A stretch of 64,000 nt of DNA from Guillardia theta CCMP2712 (taxonomy: Eukaryota; Protista; Cryptophyta). This document shows positions 61,789 through 64,000 of this stretch, piece by piece (the stretch's first letter is position 1; each line of letters opens with the position of its first letter). Made by a program: the position numbers and the translations under genes. The notes under the pieces are model-generated. The model worked only from the letters and a program-made list of their open reading frames with translations, made no database searches and had not been told where the DNA came from. Location of the stretch: positions 54,525 to 118,524 of the forward strand of contig NW_005434521.1 of the NCBI RefSeq assembly GCF_000315625.1, in the 5' to 3' direction.

Positions 61789-62917
61789 ATCTGTCCCGTG
61801 ACCTCAGGCTCGACTAGAAGATGGGCTAGGAATCTTGCAGTGGATGAAATCCTTCGAAACAAAGCCAGGTAAAACTTGTGCTGGTGCTGGTGCTGGTGCT
61901 GGTGCTGGTGCTGGTGCTGGTGCTGGTGCTGGTGCTGGTGCTGGTGCTGGTGCTGGTGCTGGTGCTGGTGCTGGTGCTGGTGCTGGTGCTTCATGCTTAT
62001 CTCTTGCCCTCTCATCTTGATCGTCTTGTCCGTCCCTCCCCTCCTCATTCTCCTCTCACTCGTTCTGCCATGACGCTGCTCTCAGATCTCCGCACCTACA
62101 ACTCGCTCATGGACCTCATGGCCAAGTCCGCCAGGTTCCGACAGACGCGCGTGCGACATGGGCTGGTGAGGCAGCTGATAGTCCAGCCAAACTGCAGCTG
62201 AAACCCCAGCAGGAGGTGCTGGACCGCATCGAGAAGGACCAGCTCGAGAGAGACTGTTACACCGTAACGAGCTTCATCCAGCTGGCGAAGGAGGACGGGA
62301 GCGTGTCGGGGGTGGAGGAGGCGCGGGAGGTGAAAGGAGGAGGAGGAGGAGGAGGAGGAGGAGGAGGAGGATGAGGATGAGGATGAGGAGGAGGAGGAGG
62401 AGGAAGGGAGAAGAAAGAGAATGTTGGGTGCCATTCAGTACTTGCTCGCAGGTTTTTTCGCTTTTTCCTCCTCATCTCCGAAGTGACAGAACTTACACCG
62501 TCATGATAGCTGCTGAAGCTAGAAGTACCTTCACTCTCCCTTCTTCACTCTCCCTCCGCCACCCCCTCAGTTTCTCTTCTCTTCTTCGTCTCATTTCCTT
62601 GCAGTTGGCAGCGGTAGAGAAGTTGTGGAGAATCTGCTGAAAGATGCTGTCAGGTCTCGCCCGTTCTCCCTTCTTCCCTGTCTCTCCCTCGATGCTTCTC
62701 CTTCCTTTACTTCCGCCTTTCTCCCCCTTCCCCGTTTGCTTTTCTGAGCTCTGAGCAGCAATGGGATCGCTGTGAACAATTTTATGCTCAACGCCGCCAT
62801 GTCGGCGTGCAAGACCGCACAGGTGAAGATGCCGAGGGAGAGGCCAAGAAGAAGAAAGAAAGGAGAGAGAGGATAAGGAGGAGTTAGGCGAAGGCGGGGG
62901 GAGGTGATGGAGAGGGT

Positions 62918-62957
<40 letters not shown>

Positions 62958-63250
62958 AATGATGATGATGATCATGATCATGATGATGATCATCATGATG
63001 ATCATGATGATCATGATGGCGATCATGATGGAGGAGGAGGTGGAAGAAATTGAATGGCAACAGGATGTTCTTGACCTTCACGCGGAATATGGCAAGGGCG
63101 TCGAGATCGACTCGTTTGCACGAGAGTAAGTGGAATGAGCTTGCATGTTCTTGTTCTTGTCAGCGAGGAGACTGAGGCAGGCTTGCACAGGCTCATCAGG
63201 CGAGCAAAGGAGGGCGCTGCGCCAAACCACCGAGAACCTCGACAGTGAGG
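59059..63250 (+). CDS. Plastid-targeted PPR-like protein with 40-aa repeats (paralogue 2), multi-exon; 3' end approximate
   Basis: Hydrophobic leader + SS|F + Ser/Pro-rich transit peptide. Repeats include PDVSSFATRMEIIAKLTGRGRATFSDGIQLLQEMRKQGIS and PTTNVFNILMDVTAKASANGNARLEDGLGILQWMKSFETK (both 40 aa). Same C-terminal cap as paralogue 1. Confidence 0.86.
61877..61989. repeat. Intronic hexamer microsatellite (TGCTGG)n
   Basis: Directly visible perfect array. Confidence 0.95.
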
Positions 63251-64000
63251 AGGAGGAGGGGGGAGAGGGGGAGGAGAGGAGGGGGGGGAGGGAGGGTCGA
63301 AGGGGAGGGGGACGGAAGGTACGGTAGGGAGGGAGGTTGNNNNNNNNNNNNNNNNNNNNNNNNNNNNNNNNNNNNNNNNNNNNNNNNNNNNNNNNNNNNN
63401 NNNNNNNNNNNNNNNNNNNNNNNNNNNNNNNNNNNNNNNTTGCCCGATACCAGTATCCTGCGTCTGTCGCGAGGGTGGCGCGCTAAGGGGAGGGTCAAGG
63501 GGAGGGGGAGGAGTAGGAGGAGGTTGTGGAGGTGGAGAGGATGGGAAGTGGCTGGTGAAGGAGGGGGGAAGAGGGGGAAGGAGTTGTGTTATTTTAACGT
63601 TGGTGCAGGAATGATCCGTTGCTTAAGGGAGTTGCCTACCGCAAGGCCCGGGGAATTGTCAGCTTGTGACAAAGTTGAATGGGGAGGAGGAGGAGGATAG
63701 AAATGAATCAGATCCATAATGACGTTATGGGTGTCATTTTGTCTTAATCTTTCCAACATGATGAAATGCAAACAGTATCCTCCTCTTATGCTGCTGCTGC
63801 TCACTTGGCGCGATTGGCAATGTTGCTGTACATCTCGGAAACCTGACACCATAGATTAGGACAGGAGCGAAGAGGAAGGGAGAAAGTGTGGACACCAAAG
63901 CAGAATAAAGAGGAGAGGAGAGGAGAGGAGAGGAGAGGAGAGGAGAGGAGGATCGAGCTTCTCTTCACCTGGGCATACAAGAAAACACCAGCGATGGCGA

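Overview
Gene-dense, intron-rich eukaryotic nuclear DNA from a draft assembly with several N gaps. Short GT-AG introns, many swollen by (GAG)n/(GAT)n microsatellites, and several bipartite signal-peptide + Phe-transit-peptide leaders point to a red-lineage complex alga; a cryptophyte such as Guillardia is my inference. I read about 18 protein genes: a PDZ protein, a cytosolic carboxypeptidase, CEP350, a plastid phosphate translocator, a bacterial-type SHMT, an SLC35E-like transporter missed by the ORF track, FAM135, a PknB-like kinase fused to a HECTD1-type SUN-like domain, a C2/IQ protein, a MAPKK, INTS4, RMND5, a plastid membrane protein, two plastid-targeted helical-repeat paralogues and a few hypotheticals. 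There is also one tRNA-Leu(AAG). The best candidate for an undescribed system is the paralogue pair built from 40-aa PPR-like repeats (canonical PPR = 35 aa), which keep PPR-code-type residues and share a C-terminal cap. Also notable: an antisense alanyl-tRNA synthetase fragment inside a MAPKK intron, two genes that look bacterially derived, and three distinct word-based 'dialects' of intergenic DNA. Exon boundaries were placed by eye and are approximate. Family assignments come from motif recognition, not database searches.
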